From an uncultured Burkholderiales bacterium (GTDB taxonomy: Bacteria > Pseudomonadota > Gammaproteobacteria > Burkholderiales > Burkholderiaceae_C): a DNA stretch of 64,000 nucleotides. A program made the translations under genes and the position numbers. The notes under the pieces are model-generated. The model was not told the origin of the DNA, ran no database searches, and worked only from the letters and a program-made list of their open reading frames with translations. Shown here in pieces: positions 38,108 to 50,396 of this stretch; within the stretch, counting starts at the first letter, position 1, and every line of letters begins with the position of its first letter. The DNA lies in assembly GCA_903828695.1 (NCBI GenBank), contig CAIKNE010000039.1, forward strand, positions 14,191 to 78,190, read 5' to 3'.

Positions 38108-39049
38108 TTAGTGAGAATTACAGCTCGCGTCAACGAAAGACTGATAGGCCAGATGCAACTTTTTGTAGATGGGCCCGGGTTTGCCCGCATGAGTGGTGTG
38201 AAGCCCAACCAATCGATCATCAATATGAGATACCGGTAAAACTTCTTTCGAAGCTGAAGAGAGTAAAACTTCATCGGCACTGAAAACCTCTTCCTTGGTG
38301 ATTTTGCGTAAAACAAAAGGAATGCTCTGTGCTTTGCACATCTCATCTATCAACCCGTAACGAATGCCTTCCAGAATCAAATGATCTTTAGGTGGAGCAA
38401 ATACAGTACCATTTTTGACAATCCACACATTGCTTGAAGAAGCTTCGCTTAAATAATCACCTCTGAACATAATGGTCTCTGTTGCACCAACATCTGCGCT
38501 AATTTGACGTGCAAACACTGCCCCTAATAGGCTCGTGCTTTTGATATGCGCCTTTTCCCACCGAAAGTCATGAGCGCTGACGCACTTAACGCCAGTTGCC
38601 CTGATCTCAGGGGAAACTGGTTTGAATGGATTTGCCATCATAAACACCGTAGGAACACAGTCTGCAGGCATTGCATGGTCGCGAGGTGCTACCCCTCGAC
38701 TGATTTGTATGTAGATGATTTGTTGGGTATGCTCGACTTTTTGATTTGTTGTTTGAGCAAAATGGGACGCCAATTGTTGAACTAAATTGAGCCACTCACT
38801 CTTAGAGTATGGGTTGGGAATTCGAAGTTCCAGTAATGAACGATCCAGGCGCGCCATGTGCTGCTCAAAGCGAAAGGGTTGTCCCTGGTAAAGTGGAACG
38901 ACCTCGTATACCCCGTCTCCAAAGATAAACCCTCTGTCTAGCACACTAATTTTTGCTTCTCTCAAAGGGCAGAACTCGCCGTTTAAATAGCAAATAGTGT
39001 CAGGGAGATTGGTTGCGGTGGAGGCGTAAGGGTGGTTTTTAGAAGACAT
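38108..39049 (-). CDS. D-amino acid aminotransferase (PLP class IV)
   Basis: SVLDRGFIFGDGVYE, IKSTSLL, EASSSN, ILEGI; lies upstream of ybeD-lipB-lipA. Confidence 0.9.
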   Translation of the reverse strand: MSSKNHPYASTATNLPDTICYLNGEFCPLREAKISVLDRGFIFGDGVYEVVPLYQGQPFRFEQHMARLDRSLLELRIPNPYSKSEWLNLVQQLASHFAQTTNQKVEHTQQIIYIQISRGVAPRDHAMPADCVPTVFMMANPFKPVSPEIRATGVKCVSAHDFRWEKAHIKSTSLLGAVFARQISADVGATETIMFRGDYLSEASSSNVWIVKNGTVFAPPKDHLILEGIRYGLIDEMCKAQSIPFVLRKITKEEVFSADEVLLSSASKEVLPVSHIDDRLVGLHTTHAGKPGPIYKKLHLAYQSFVDASCNSH

Positions 39050-39296
39050 CCCTAAATTATCCAACTTTTTCTAATCTTACGGCGTATGTGTACTAAAGAG
39101 ATAGTTAAGGATTACAAATGGTACTATTTTGAAAATGAATGTTGTCCTGGCTACAAATTTTGAAGTTTAATGATGGTTGGCCATTCAAATACCTCTATAA
39201 TCGCAGGCTTTGCTAGGGGTTTCTAGGTAAACAGTTTCGGTTGCATATGGATGCATCCAGCTTTTGATCTAACAGCCCGGCCTAAAGTGAAAATCA

Positions 39297-39779
39297 TTGA
39301 TGTCACAAGACTTGATTAATGAAGAAGAAGTTGATGACTTTAGGCCGCTGACCCCAGAGCAAGCCAATGCTTGGCGGCGTAAATTTCCTCAAGAAAACGT
39401 CTGGCACGTGTTGAAAATTCAGTGTTGTGTGGGCGGCTTTGTAGCTCTGCTTGCTTTTTTTGTACAAGAGGCGCTGAGGGTTACGGGACTTGGGTTGTCG
39501 GCGCTCTACGGAGTTTCGACGGTGATCATTCCGGCTGCAATTTGCGCTAGAGGGCTTGGTTCTAGGTTTGGCGGCGGCGGTGTTGCCGCAAGTGTTGCGA
39601 AGTTTTTTGTTTGGGAGTTTGCTAAAGTGGCGTTGTCTGTATCAATGCTGATGCTGGCTCCCAAGATTTTGAGTGAAGATTTAAGTTGGCCTGCTTTAAT
39701 GGCGGGTTTGGTGTTTACTTTCAAGGGTTTTTGGGCATTTGTGGTTTGGCGACAATTTGTGCCGGCCAAAAGCGTCTAG
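39297..39779 (+). CDS. atpI: ATP synthase subunit I
   Basis: Multi-TM protein heading the atp operon; FFVWEFAKVALS. Confidence 0.85.
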   Translation: MMSQDLINEEEVDDFRPLTPEQANAWRRKFPQENVWHVLKIQCCVGGFVALLAFFVQEALRVTGLGLSALYGVSTVIIPAAICARGLGSRFGGGGVAASVAKFFVWEFAKVALSVSMLMLAPKILSEDLSWPALMAGLVFTFKGFWAFVVWRQFVPAKSV

Positions 39780-39813
39780 AGGCTTGGGAAGATAATTTTT
39801 AAAAGAACGGACT

Positions 39814-40677
39814 ATGTCAGTAGAAGTTGAAAGCGCTCCTACAGCTGGTGAATATATAGGTCACCACCTTACGCATCTGCAAAACAAGCCGATGTCTGGC
39901 ATTATTGACTTTTCTGTTTACAACTTAGACTCCATTTTCTGGGCCGTATTGTTGGGCGTAGTGGGTGCATTCTGTCTATGGAATGCGGCTCGTAAGGTTA
40001 CTCCTGGTGTGCCAAGTCGCTTTCAGGCTGCGGTAGAAATCTTGTTTGAGTTGGTGGATAACCAATCAAAAGCCATTATTCACAATGAGCGAAGCCGCGC
40101 GGTTGTGGCGCCTTTGGCGTTGACTGTGTTTGTGTGGATTTTCATGATGAACGCGATGGATTTGTTGCCCGTCGACTTGCTGCCTTGGATTTGGGGTCGG
40201 GTGTTTGAGGCGGCCGGAGAGAGTCCTCACCATGCTTTTTTGCGTGTAGTTCCTACGGCTGATCTTTCAACTACACTTGGTTTATCAACTTCTGTGCTAT
40301 TGATTTGTATTGTTTACAACATCAAAATCAAAGGTTTTGGTGGCTGGGCTCATGAATTGTTCACTGCTCCGTTTGGGTCGCATCCGATTTTGTGGCCTAT
40401 AAATTTTTTGATGCAGTTGATCGAGTTTGCGGCTAAAACTGTCTCTCACGGGATGCGACTTTTTGGAAACATGTACGCCGGCGAATTGGTGTTCATGTTG
40501 ATTGCTTTGATGGGTGGTTCTGCTGCAATTTCGTTGCCTGGAATTTTGTTGCCTATTGGGCAAATTATTGCTGGAACAATTTGGGCCATCTTCCATATTT
40601 TGATCATCACGCTTCAGGCCTTCATCTTTATGATGTTGACTTTGGTGTATGTCGGTCAGGCGCATGACGCGCATTGA
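39814..40677 (+). CDS. atpB: ATP synthase subunit a
   Basis: EYIGHHLTHL, MRLFGNMYAGEL, LQAFIFMMLT. Confidence 0.98.
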   Translation: MSVEVESAPTAGEYIGHHLTHLQNKPMSGIIDFSVYNLDSIFWAVLLGVVGAFCLWNAARKVTPGVPSRFQAAVEILFELVDNQSKAIIHNERSRAVVAPLALTVFVWIFMMNAMDLLPVDLLPWIWGRVFEAAGESPHHAFLRVVPTADLSTTLGLSTSVLLICIVYNIKIKGFGGWAHELFTAPFGSHPILWPINFLMQLIEFAAKTVSHGMRLFGNMYAGELVFMLIALMGGSAAISLPGILLPIGQIIAGTIWAIFHILIITLQAFIFMMLTLVYVGQAHDAH

Positions 40678-40716
40678 TTGGGTAATCTTTTTTTAACCTT
40701 TCCATTTTTTATTTGA

Positions 40717-40980
<264 letters not shown>

Positions 40981-41011
40981 TTTGTACAACCGCTCATAGA
41001 AAGGTGTTGCC

Positions 41012-41482
41012 GTGAGTATCAATGCAACGCTGTTTGTTCAGGCTATCGTATTTGCTATTTTGGTGTGGTTCACGATGCGATTCGTGTGGCCCCCTATTGC
41101 ACATGCTTTAGATGAGCGAGCTGAAAAAATAGCACACGGTCTAGCTGCTGCAGAGCATGCAAAAATCGAGCTCTCCAACGCGCACAAGGAGGTTGAGTTA
41201 AGACTTAACCAAACACGTGCAGAGGGGGCTGGAATTGTTGCAAACGCAGAGCGCCGCGCACAAGCCCTTATTGATGAGGCTAAATTGACGGCTTCTGAAG
41301 AGGCTAGCAAAATCATTGCAGCCGCAAGAGTTGAGGCTGAGCAGCAAATTGTTCGAGCCAAAGAAGCTTTGCGCAACGAAGTCGCTGAATTGGCTGTCAA
41401 AGGAGCGGAGCAGATACTGCGAAAAGAAGTGAATGCTTCTGTTCATGCAGATTTGTTGGCTCGTTTGAAGACTGAGCTGTAA
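41012..41482 (+). CDS. atpF: ATP synthase subunit b
   Basis: [25 protein letters not shown]. Confidence 0.97.
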   Translation: MSINATLFVQAIVFAILVWFTMRFVWPPIAHALDERAEKIAHGLAAAEHAKIELSNAHKEVELRLNQTRAEGAGIVANAERRAQALIDEAKLTASEEASKIIAAARVEAEQQIVRAKEALRNEVAELAVKGAEQILRKEVNASVHADLLARLKTEL

Positions 41483-41490
41483 GAGGGCAT

Positions 41491-42024
41491 ATGGCAGAAC
41501 TTGCAACAATTGCGCGACCCTATGCGGAGGCACTTTTCAAGTCCCAGGGCTTGGGTGCACCGCAAGAGACGGCAGATTTGCTGGACACACTTGCTATGAT
41601 TGCGGATGACGTTCGGGTGCAGCAATACACGCTGGATCCTAAAGTTTCTGTAGATCAAGTGATGGACTTGTTGGCTTCGGTTTTGAAAATTAAGCTTTCT
41701 CAAGGAGCTCTTAATTTTCTGCACACTTTGCTAGAACATGGTCGCTTGAGTGTTCTGCCAGAAGTGGCGCATCAGTACAGAGCATTGTTGAATGCCCAAT
41801 CAGGATTTTCTGAGGCGGTAATTTACAGTGCTTATCCCTTGGACGCGGCTGCCAAAGCGGCTGTGACCCAGGTTTTGGAAAAACGCTTTTCACGTCAATT
41901 GCAAACTAGTGTTGAAATTGATGAGAGCCTAATAGGCGGCGTTAGAGTGGTGGTGGGCGACGAAGTACTCGATACTTCTGTGAAGTCCCGCCTTGAAGAA
42001 ATGAAAGTAGCCTTGACCTCGTAA
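41491..42024 (+). CDS. atpH: ATP synthase subunit delta
   Basis: MAELATIARPYAEALF, LIGGVRVVVGDEVLD. Confidence 0.97.
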   Translation: MAELATIARPYAEALFKSQGLGAPQETADLLDTLAMIADDVRVQQYTLDPKVSVDQVMDLLASVLKIKLSQGALNFLHTLLEHGRLSVLPEVAHQYRALLNAQSGFSEAVIYSAYPLDAAAKAAVTQVLEKRFSRQLQTSVEIDESLIGGVRVVVGDEVLDTSVKSRLEEMKVALTS

Positions 42025-42069
42025 TCGAGTTCTGGGCAAGACCCTTAAATAAGAAAGAAGGAAAGAGTC

Positions 42070-43608
42070 ATGCAACTCAATCCCGCAGAAATCTCCGAAC
42101 TCATCAAGAGTCGAATCGAAGGATTGGCTCCCAGTGCCGATATTCGTAATCAAGGTACGGTTATCTCCGTCAGTGACGGTATTTGCCGCATCCACGGACT
42201 AAGCGATGTGATGCAAGGGGAAATGTTGGAATTTCCAAATAATACATTTGGATTGGCCCTAAACCTAGAGCGCGATTCCGTTGGCTCTGTGATTTTGGGT
42301 GATTATGAGCACATTTCTGAGGGCGACACTGTTAAGTGTACTGGCCGTATTTTGGAAGTGCCAGTCGGTCCAGAGCTGATTGGTCGAGTTGTTAATGCGC
42401 TGGGTCATCCAATCGATGGCAAGGGGCCCATTAATGCAAAGATGACGGACGTTATTGAGAAGGTTGCGCCGGGCGTTATTGCTCGTCAATCCGTTTCTCA
42501 GCCGATGCAAACAGGTTTGAAATCTATCGACTCAATGGTACCAATTGGTCGTGGACAGCGTGAGTTGATCATTGGTGATAGGCAGACAGGAAAAACAGCT
42601 GTTGCGATTGATGCCATCATCAATCAAAAAGGTCAGAATATGACCTGTATCTATGTGGCTATTGGACAAAAAGCCTCATCAGTTAAAAACGTTGTGCGTG
42701 CGCTTGAGCAAGCTGGTGCGATGGACTACACGATTGTTGTTGCTGCTACAGCCTCTGAGTCTGCAGCTATGCAGTATGTTTCCGCGTATTCTGGTTGTAC
42801 GATGGGCGAGTATTTCCGCGATCGCGGTCAAGACGCGCTGATCGTTTATGATGACTTGTCCAAACAAGCTGTTGCGTATCGTCAGGTTTCGTTGTTGCTG
42901 AGACGTCCTCCTGGTCGTGAAGCATACCCCGGCGATGTGTTCTATTTGCACAGCCGACTGTTAGAGCGCGCTGCACGAGTCAACGAACATTATGTTGAAG
43001 AATTTACAAAGGGCGCTGTAAAAGGAAAAACAGGATCTTTAACCGCTCTTCCTATTATTGAAACACAAGCTGGCGACGTATCCGCTTTCGTCCCAACGAA
43101 CGTTATTTCAATCACGGATGGGCAGATCTTCTTGGAAACAAGTTTGTTCAACTCTGGCATACGTCCTGCTATTAACGCAGGTATCTCTGTTTCTCGTGTC
43201 GGTGGTGCAGCCCAAACCAAGCTCATTAAGAATTTATCAGGCGGTATTCGTACTGACTTAGCGCAGTACCGTGAATTGGCAGCATTTGCGCAGTTTGCGT
43301 CCGACTTGGATGAAGCAACAAGAAAGCAGTTGGATCGTGGAGCTCGAGTAACTGAATTGCTTAAGCAAGCGCAGTACAGCCCGCTGAACATTAGCTTGAT
43401 GGGAGCAACTTTATTTGCAGTCAATAAGGGCTATTTGGATGATATTGCTGTGAACAGAGTTTTAGCCTTTGAGGCTGGACTTCATGGTCACTTAAAAGAC
43501 CAACACGCCGCACTTCTTGCTAAGTTAGAAAAAGACAAGGCTATGGACAAGGACGCTGAGGCTGAATTAACAACAGCTTTGGTCGAGTTTAAAAAGTCTT
43601 TTGTTTAA
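42070..43608 (+). CDS. atpA: ATP synthase subunit alpha
   Basis: [30 protein letters not shown]. Confidence 0.99.
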   Translation: MQLNPAEISELIKSRIEGLAPSADIRNQGTVISVSDGICRIHGLSDVMQGEMLEFPNNTFGLALNLERDSVGSVILGDYEHISEGDTVKCTGRILEVPVGPELIGRVVNALGHPIDGKGPINAKMTDVIEKVAPGVIARQSVSQPMQTGLKSIDSMVPIGRGQRELIIGDRQTGKTAVAIDAIINQKGQNMTCIYVAIGQKASSVKNVVRALEQAGAMDYTIVVAATASESAAMQYVSAYSGCTMGEYFRDRGQDALIVYDDLSKQAVAYRQVSLLLRRPPGREAYPGDVFYLHSRLLERAARVNEHYVEEFTKGAVKGKTGSLTALPIIETQAGDVSAFVPTNVISITDGQIFLETSLFNSGIRPAINAGISVSRVGGAAQTKLIKNLSGGIRTDLAQYRELAAFAQFASDLDEATRKQLDRGARVTELLKQAQYSPLNISLMGATLFAVNKGYLDDIAVNRVLAFEAGLHGHLKDQHAALLAKLEKDKAMDKDAEAELTTALVEFKKSFV

Positions 43609-43637
43609 ACCGTACCTGACACACTAAGGAACCTTTA

Positions 43638-44504
43638 ATGGCAGCAGGTAAGGAAATCAGAGGCAAGATCAAATCGGTAGAAAATACCAAGAAGATCACA
43701 AAAGCCATGGAAATGGTGGCCGCATCCAAAATGAGGAAAGCTCAGGACAGGATGCGTGCTGCTAGACCCTACAGTGAAAAGATTAAAAAAATCGCATGTC
43801 ATTTGGGGCAGGCTAATCCAGAGTACGTTCATCCTTTTATGGAAATCAATCATTCAAAGGGTGTTGGCTTTATAGTTGTGTCGACCGACAAAGGTCTATG
43901 TGGTGGACTTAACACCAACATGCTGCGTATTGTGGGTCAAAAAATTAAAGAGCTTCAGGCAGCAGGACACAGTGCTAAAGCAATGGCAATTGGCAACAAG
44001 GGGCTTGGCTTTTTGAATCGATCGGGTGTCGAGGTTGTTTCTCAGGTGACTCAGCTAGGGGATACGCCCCATTTGGATAAGCTCATTGGCCCGGTCAAAG
44101 TACTGTTAGACGCCTATATTGCCAGAGAGATCAACTCCGTATATCTTTGCTACACAAAATTCATCAATACGATGAAGCAAGAACCCGTGGTTGAGAAGTT
44201 ACTTCCGCTGTCTGGTGATGAAATCAAGACATCCCACAAGAAAAACAGCTGGGATTACTTGTATGAGCCTGATGCGCATACAGTGATTGACGATTTGTTG
44301 ATTCGCTACATTGAAGCTTTGGTCTATCAGGCATTGGCTGAAAACATGGCTTCGGAACAATCTGCAAGGATGGTTGCAATGAAGTCTGCAACAGACAACG
44401 CGGGCAGTGTAATTGGTGAACTTAAGCTGATCTACAACAAAACTCGTCAGGCCGCGATTACCAAAGAGCTTTCAGAGATCGTTGCCGGTGCGGCAGCGGT
44501 GTAA
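43638..44504 (+). CDS. atpG: ATP synthase subunit gamma
   Basis: [32 protein letters not shown]. Confidence 0.99.
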   Translation: MAAGKEIRGKIKSVENTKKITKAMEMVAASKMRKAQDRMRAARPYSEKIKKIACHLGQANPEYVHPFMEINHSKGVGFIVVSTDKGLCGGLNTNMLRIVGQKIKELQAAGHSAKAMAIGNKGLGFLNRSGVEVVSQVTQLGDTPHLDKLIGPVKVLLDAYIAREINSVYLCYTKFINTMKQEPVVEKLLPLSGDEIKTSHKKNSWDYLYEPDAHTVIDDLLIRYIEALVYQALAENMASEQSARMVAMKSATDNAGSVIGELKLIYNKTRQAAITKELSEIVAGAAAV

Positions 44505-45935
<1,431 letters not shown>

Positions 45936-45939
45936 TAGG

Positions 45940-45981
45940 ATTGGGGAGTGAATCCAATAGGAATTGAATCACTCCTCTAAT
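45940..45981 (+). other. Intercistronic stem-loop between atpD and atpC
   Basis: ATTGGGGAGTGA pairs with TCACTCCTCTAAT (12 bp, one bulge); inner CAAT-AGGA-ATTG hairpin. Confidence 0.6.
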
Positions 45982-45997
45982 AAACGAAAGTTATTAC

Positions 45998-46420
45998 ATG
46001 ACAAGCACCTTTCACGTAGATGTCGTAAGTGCTGAGGAGGCAATCTTCTCAGGCGAGGCGAGTTTTGTAGTGCTTCCCGGAGAGTCAGGTGAGTTGGGGA
46101 TATTCCCGCGACATACTCCGCTTATCACTCGGATACGTCCAGGCTCAGTACGTATTAAGCTCGAAGATGGAACGGAAGAAATGGTCTTTGTTGCTGGGGG
46201 AATATTAGAAGTTCAACCCAACGGAGTGACCGTGTTATCTGATACCGCAGTCAGAGCCAAAGACTTAGACGAAGAAAAAGCGACACATGCCAAGTTGGCT
46301 GCCGAAGAGGCTCTTAAGAATGCGAAGGGCGGTCAAGATTTAGCCAGAGCACAGTCTGAGTTGGTGATACTCGCAGCTCAATTGGCCGCAGTTAGACGTT
46401 TACACGGCAAGAAAAGATAG
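45998..46420 (+). CDS. atpC: ATP synthase subunit epsilon
   Basis: [29 protein letters not shown]. Confidence 0.98.
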   Translation: MTSTFHVDVVSAEEAIFSGEASFVVLPGESGELGIFPRHTPLITRIRPGSVRIKLEDGTEEMVFVAGGILEVQPNGVTVLSDTAVRAKDLDEEKATHAKLAAEEALKNAKGGQDLARAQSELVILAAQLAAVRRLHGKKR

Positions 46421-46488
46421 GCTGATCAGCTACTTCTTTCATCTTAATAGATTTAAATACACAAAGTATTAATCCAATTAAGAATGCC

Positions 46489-46941
46489 ATGACAAAAACA
46501 AAGCAACATGAAGCTGCCACTATAGGCGGCTCATCGGATGAAGTAGAAGCCGCCTTTTACGACGCTTTACAAAACGCAGATCTTGAAAAACTAATGTCTT
46601 GCTGGGGTGACGAGGATGAAATCGTTTGCATCCATCCAGGAGGTCCTCGAATCATCGGGCTTGCAGCTATAAGGGCGTCCTTTGAGGCTATGTTTGCAAA
46701 TGGAGCGCTTCAAGCTCATCCTGAACGTGTAATCAAATTAAGCTCACTCACAAGTGCTGTTCATAGTGTCGTAGAACGTGTGGAGGTGATGCTCCCCGAT
46801 GGTCCCCAAAAAGCATACACATCAACGACGAATGTATACCAAAGGACAGCCCAGGGTTGGAAATTGGTAATACACCACGCCAGTCCTGGCTCACCAACCG
46901 AGTTAAAGGATGTGAGCCTACCAACTCAGGTGTTGCATTGA
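46489..46941 (+). CDS. YybH/SnoaL-like (NTF2 fold) protein
   Basis: AFYDAL..DLEKLMSCW..CIHPGG...GWKLVIHHASP. Confidence 0.85.
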   Translation: MTKTKQHEAATIGGSSDEVEAAFYDALQNADLEKLMSCWGDEDEIVCIHPGGPRIIGLAAIRASFEAMFANGALQAHPERVIKLSSLTSAVHSVVERVEVMLPDGPQKAYTSTTNVYQRTAQGWKLVIHHASPGSPTELKDVSLPTQVLH

Positions 46942-47903
46942 ACTGGGGGTATGAACCCCCTACTTGGCTGCCAGGTGGCCATACCCAAACGATATATCCT
47001 TCCCTCTTCGCACGCCACCTCTATCCAGATCAGATCACTTGGCGTCGAGAGCGCTTAAGCACAAAAGACAGTGATTTTGTGGACATTGACTGGTCAGGGC
47101 GCGCGCTTGAAATGGAGTCACTGATTGTTTTATTTCACGGCCTAGAGGGCAGTTCGCAAAGCCATTATGCGCGTGCTTTTGCGCACTACCTGCAAGGCAG
47201 CGGAGTTGGGCTGTGCGTGCCTCACTTTAGAGGTTGTAGCGGGGACATTAACAAAGCACCGCGAGCCTATCACAGCGGAGATTATGAAGAGGTAGGGTGG
47301 ATATTAGGTCAAATAAGAGAGAGATTTCAAGGTGAGGTTGGTGCCTTCGGAGTCTCGCTGGGTGGGAATGCTCTTTTACGCTGGGCACAAGAGGCAGGGG
47401 AAGATGCAAATCGATTTGTAAAAGGGGTTGGATCCATCTGTGCGCCACTAGATCTAATGCAAAGTGGTCTACAAATCGGGCGAGGAATCAATCACTGGTT
47501 GTATGAACGTAGGTTCTTAACGACAATGAAAGTAAAAGCCAGACAAAAAATCAAACAGTTTCCGGGGCTTTTTGATATCCAAAAAGTGATGAACTCCAAG
47601 AGCTTATTTGAGTTTGATAATTACTTCACTGCTCCGGTGCACGGATTCAAAGATACGGTGGATTATTGGACAAATTGCTCGTCCAATTTAAGAATGCAAG
47701 ATATCAAAGTGAGACATGTCGTAATCAATGCCCTAAATGACCCTTTCATTCCAGCCCAATCACTCCCTAGGTTAAACGACTTTAACTCTTACGGTACCCC
47801 GGTCTATACAAAGGAGGGAGGGCATGTCGGTTTTGCTCAATCAGCCTTTCCTGGGGAATTAAATGCATTACCAAAGCTTGTAACGACATGGATGAAATCG
47901 TAA
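46938..47903 (+). CDS. YheT family alpha/beta hydrolase
   Basis: LPGGHTQTI, HGLEG, GVSLGG nucleophile elbow, GGHVGF. A TTG start overlapping the upstream stop is assumed. Confidence 0.9.
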   Translation: MNWGYEPPTWLPGGHTQTIYPSLFARHLYPDQITWRRERLSTKDSDFVDIDWSGRALEMESLIVLFHGLEGSSQSHYARAFAHYLQGSGVGLCVPHFRGCSGDINKAPRAYHSGDYEEVGWILGQIRERFQGEVGAFGVSLGGNALLRWAQEAGEDANRFVKGVGSICAPLDLMQSGLQIGRGINHWLYERRFLTTMKVKARQKIKQFPGLFDIQKVMNSKSLFEFDNYFTAPVHGFKDTVDYWTNCSSNLRMQDIKVRHVVINALNDPFIPAQSLPRLNDFNSYGTPVYTKEGGHVGFAQSAFPGELNALPKLVTTWMKS

Positions 47904-48427
47904 AAAAAGCAATTCAGAAATGGCCAGATGTACCTGCTTGTTACGGTTGGTTGGGACTTGACAGCCGAGGAGACTGGTTTTTGCGTGACGATCAAGTACA
48001 AAGAATTGGAAACTTTGATGTGTCCAAAGGAACCAAGCTCAGTCACCGAAAATTAATTGAATTTATAGGTAGGAATTATCAACAAGATGATAGGGGTCAA
48101 TATTTTTTTCAAAATGGACCTCAAAAAGTGTTTGTGGAGTTGGAGCTTACCCCTTGGGTACTAAGATTTGATTTTGAAACGAGGGTTGTGACTCAAACCC
48201 AACAACATGTCATTACTACACAGGCCTATACGGATGAACTAGGGCGAGTTTATTTAGAGACCGAGCTAGGAATAGGGCTAGTGCATACGATGGATATGGA
48301 CCTCATGGCTGATGAGTTAGCCAAAGAGAGGTGGAGTCTAAAGGAATTGAAGGTTAAAGAATTAGAGGAAAAATTTAACTTTATTAAAAGTCCAGCGCAT
48401 GAAAAAAGCCAGTCAAGAGTTGTCTAG
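47888..48427 (+). CDS. DUF2946 family protein
   Basis: MDEIVKKAIQKWPDVPACYGWLGLDSRGDW, YFFQNGPQKVFVEL. Confidence 0.8.
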   Translation: MDEIVKKAIQKWPDVPACYGWLGLDSRGDWFLRDDQVQRIGNFDVSKGTKLSHRKLIEFIGRNYQQDDRGQYFFQNGPQKVFVELELTPWVLRFDFETRVVTQTQQHVITTQAYTDELGRVYLETELGIGLVHTMDMDLMADELAKERWSLKELKVKELEEKFNFIKSPAHEKSQSRVV

Positions 48428-48435
48428 GACTGGCT
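48402..48435 (-). terminator. Rho-independent terminator of the cytochrome c gene
   Basis: On the minus strand, AGCCAGTC-N13-GACTGGCT followed by a T-run. Confidence 0.6.
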
Positions 48436-48492
48436 GATTGAAACGGACTAACGCCGTGTGAGCCTCAAGGGTGAGGCCCATGCTGGAGTTGT

Positions 48493-49032
48493 TTATTTGG
48501 CAGGCATTGAAGGCATAGAGTTTTCACCGACTGCAGGGCTAGGAGCTTTAGGTTCTGCAAATTTAGCGCCTCCTGCATTTGCCATGTACACCACAGCACG
48601 ACCGATCTCGATATCATCATACTCGCCGCCGCCTTGAGCTCCCATATTGCCTTTGCCCTTCAGTGCAGAGGTTAACAAAGCTTCATAGCCTTTTTTAATT
48701 CTGGGTCCCCAAGCGCTTGCATCACCAAATTTGGGGGAGCCAAGAGCACCAATGGTATGGCAAGTTGTGCACTGTCCTTTGAATACTTGCTCACCTGATT
48801 TGAGCTCGCGGTTTGCGTCTCTGATGTCGACTATGCCTACTTTCTGAATATGATCAATGACAGATTTATTCAGATCAGGGGATCCCTCAGCTGTTTTGTT
48901 GGCGGACCCTACAAAATAAACCAAACCAATAATGATGAATATGGGAAGAACAAATGAGAAAAGGACAACCCATAAAAACTGCTTTGGCGTTTTGATGGGG
49001 CCGCTGTGGTCTTGCTCGTCGTGATCGCTCAT
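48493..49032 (-). CDS. Membrane-anchored cytochrome c5 family protein
   Basis: N-terminal TM helix; CTTCH haem motif; AWGPRI, KGKGNM. Confidence 0.93.
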   Translation of the reverse strand: MSDHDEQDHSGPIKTPKQFLWVVLFSFVLPIFIIIGLVYFVGSANKTAEGSPDLNKSVIDHIQKVGIVDIRDANRELKSGEQVFKGQCTTCHTIGALGSPKFGDASAWGPRIKKGYEALLTSALKGKGNMGAQGGGEYDDIEIGRAVVYMANAGGAKFAEPKAPSPAVGENSMPSMPAK

Positions 49033-49203
49033 AAGTTCCTCTGATAGGCTTAGTCGTTTAAGAAGGAGAGATTATAGTGGGGCTAGAAAACGAATGCACA
49101 ATCATCCAAAATAATGCGCTGAACCCATAAAGATTGCACGCAAACCTACTCAAAGAGAAGTGGTGAAACGCCTACAATAAAGATCTGTTGAATATAACGA
49201 CGT

Positions 49204-49279
49204 GCGGCTGTAGCTCAGTGGATAGAGTATTGGCCTCCGAAGCCAAGGGTCGTGGGTTCGATCCCCGCCAGCCGCACCA
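49204..49279 (+). tRNA. tRNA-Arg(CCG)
   Basis: Acceptor stem GCGGCTG/CAGCCGC; anticodon arm TTGGC-CT-CCG-AA-GCCAA; T-loop GTTCGATC; encoded CCA; 76 nt. Confidence 0.97.
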
Positions 49280-49283
49280 AAAC

Positions 49284-49418
49284 TTGGGGTCCACTACCGG
49301 ACACACGGGTTACAGATCGTACCTATCTCATAAGAGGTCCTGTGCATTGATTGTGTAGACCTTAGGCTTGGTGTGTATTTTCCGGCTTATATGCAGGAGT
49401 GTGCACTAACTTTTTTTT
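49284..49418 (+). ncRNA. Candidate structured non-coding RNA, family unknown
   Basis: Hand-folded nested stems (CCGGA/TCCGG, CACAC/GTGTG, GGT-TACA/TGTA-ACC, GATCG/TGATT, ACCT/AGGT) ending in T8. Confidence 0.35.
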
Positions 49419-49442
49419 CAAGGCCCCTCAATATCGAAGGGG

Positions 49443-50396
49443 TCAGTTCCTATGTGAGCTACCTGTATCGCCGTCCTTAGTGAGGTTTAATGCTAAGTTG
49501 TAGAGCTCGTTTTTAGAGGCACCTGTGAGCAATTGTGCCAATTTAACAGAGCCTTTAAGTGAGAGTTCAGATAGTAAGACTTTTAAGATCTCGACGTAGG
49601 GTGCGGTATCAGACTGAGCGCCTTGTGGGGATACATGGACAATGAGAGCAAATTCACCGCGTGTGCGGTTTCTGTCAGCGCCCAGCCAGGTGCTGAGTTG
49701 GTCAGCGGGTAAAGTGATAATTTGTTCGTATTGTTTTGTAAGTTCCCGGCCCACAGTCACGTGACGGTGTCCAAGACAGGAGAGCGACTGGGCGAGCGCT
49801 TCAATTCTGTGCGGTGCCTCAAGTAAAACAGTGGGTACATGGGTCTGTTCAATGGACTTAATTTGTCTGTCCCGCTCGGTTGCCTTAGTCGATAAAAAGC
49901 CTAAAAAATGAAAGCCAGATTGACCCATCAGACCGCTGACACTCAAAAGCGTTGTGACGCTGCTAACGCCAGGAATGGGAACAACTTTAAAGCCTGCCGT
50001 TTGTACACAGTGCACCAGCCAGGCTCCAGGATCACTGATGCTTGGGGTGCCGGCGTCGCACAAAAACGCGATGCGCGCGCCTTGCTCTAATTTGGTAATG
50101 ATTTGGGGAGACAACTCGGCTTCATTGTGTTGATGTAGGGCAATCCATGCGCCGTGAGGTTTATCAATCCCATAGCTATTTAGTAAATTCTTGGACTCGC
50201 GTGTGTCCTCGCAGGCCAAATAATCACACAGGGATAGGGTATGAATAGCGCGCAAAGTAATATCGGCCAAATTACCAATTGGAGTTGCAACCACAAAAAG
50301 ACAGCCATTGGGAAAGTCTTGACTGGAGCATGCTTGCGAGGCTGTAGAAAGTGCGTTTGCGTAGCTTAGATTCAAATGACGGTCCTCGGTATTCAA
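49443..50396 (-). CDS. rsmI: 16S rRNA (cytidine1402-2'-O)-methyltransferase
   Basis: LFVVATPIGNLADITLRA, ACEDTR, DAGTPSISDPG, RELTK. Confidence 0.96.
   Translation of the reverse strand: MNTEDRHLNLSYANALSTASQACSSQDFPNGCLFVVATPIGNLADITLRAIHTLSLCDYLACEDTRESKNLLNSYGIDKPHGAWIALHQHNEAELSPQIITKLEQGARIAFLCDAGTPSISDPGAWLVHCVQTAGFKVVPIPGVSSVTTLLSVSGLMGQSGFHFLGFLSTKATERDRQIKSIEQTHVPTVLLEAPHRIEALAQSLSCLGHRHVTVGRELTKQYEQIITLPADQLSTWLGADRNRTRGEFALIVHVSPQGAQSDTAPYVEILKVLLSELSLKGSVKLAQLLTGASKNELYNLALNLTKDGDTGSSHRN

Noticed and set aside
49204-49442. tRNA-Arg(CCG) as an occupied integration site
   Set aside because: No integrase nearby, and I saw no duplicated tRNA 3' end in the window.
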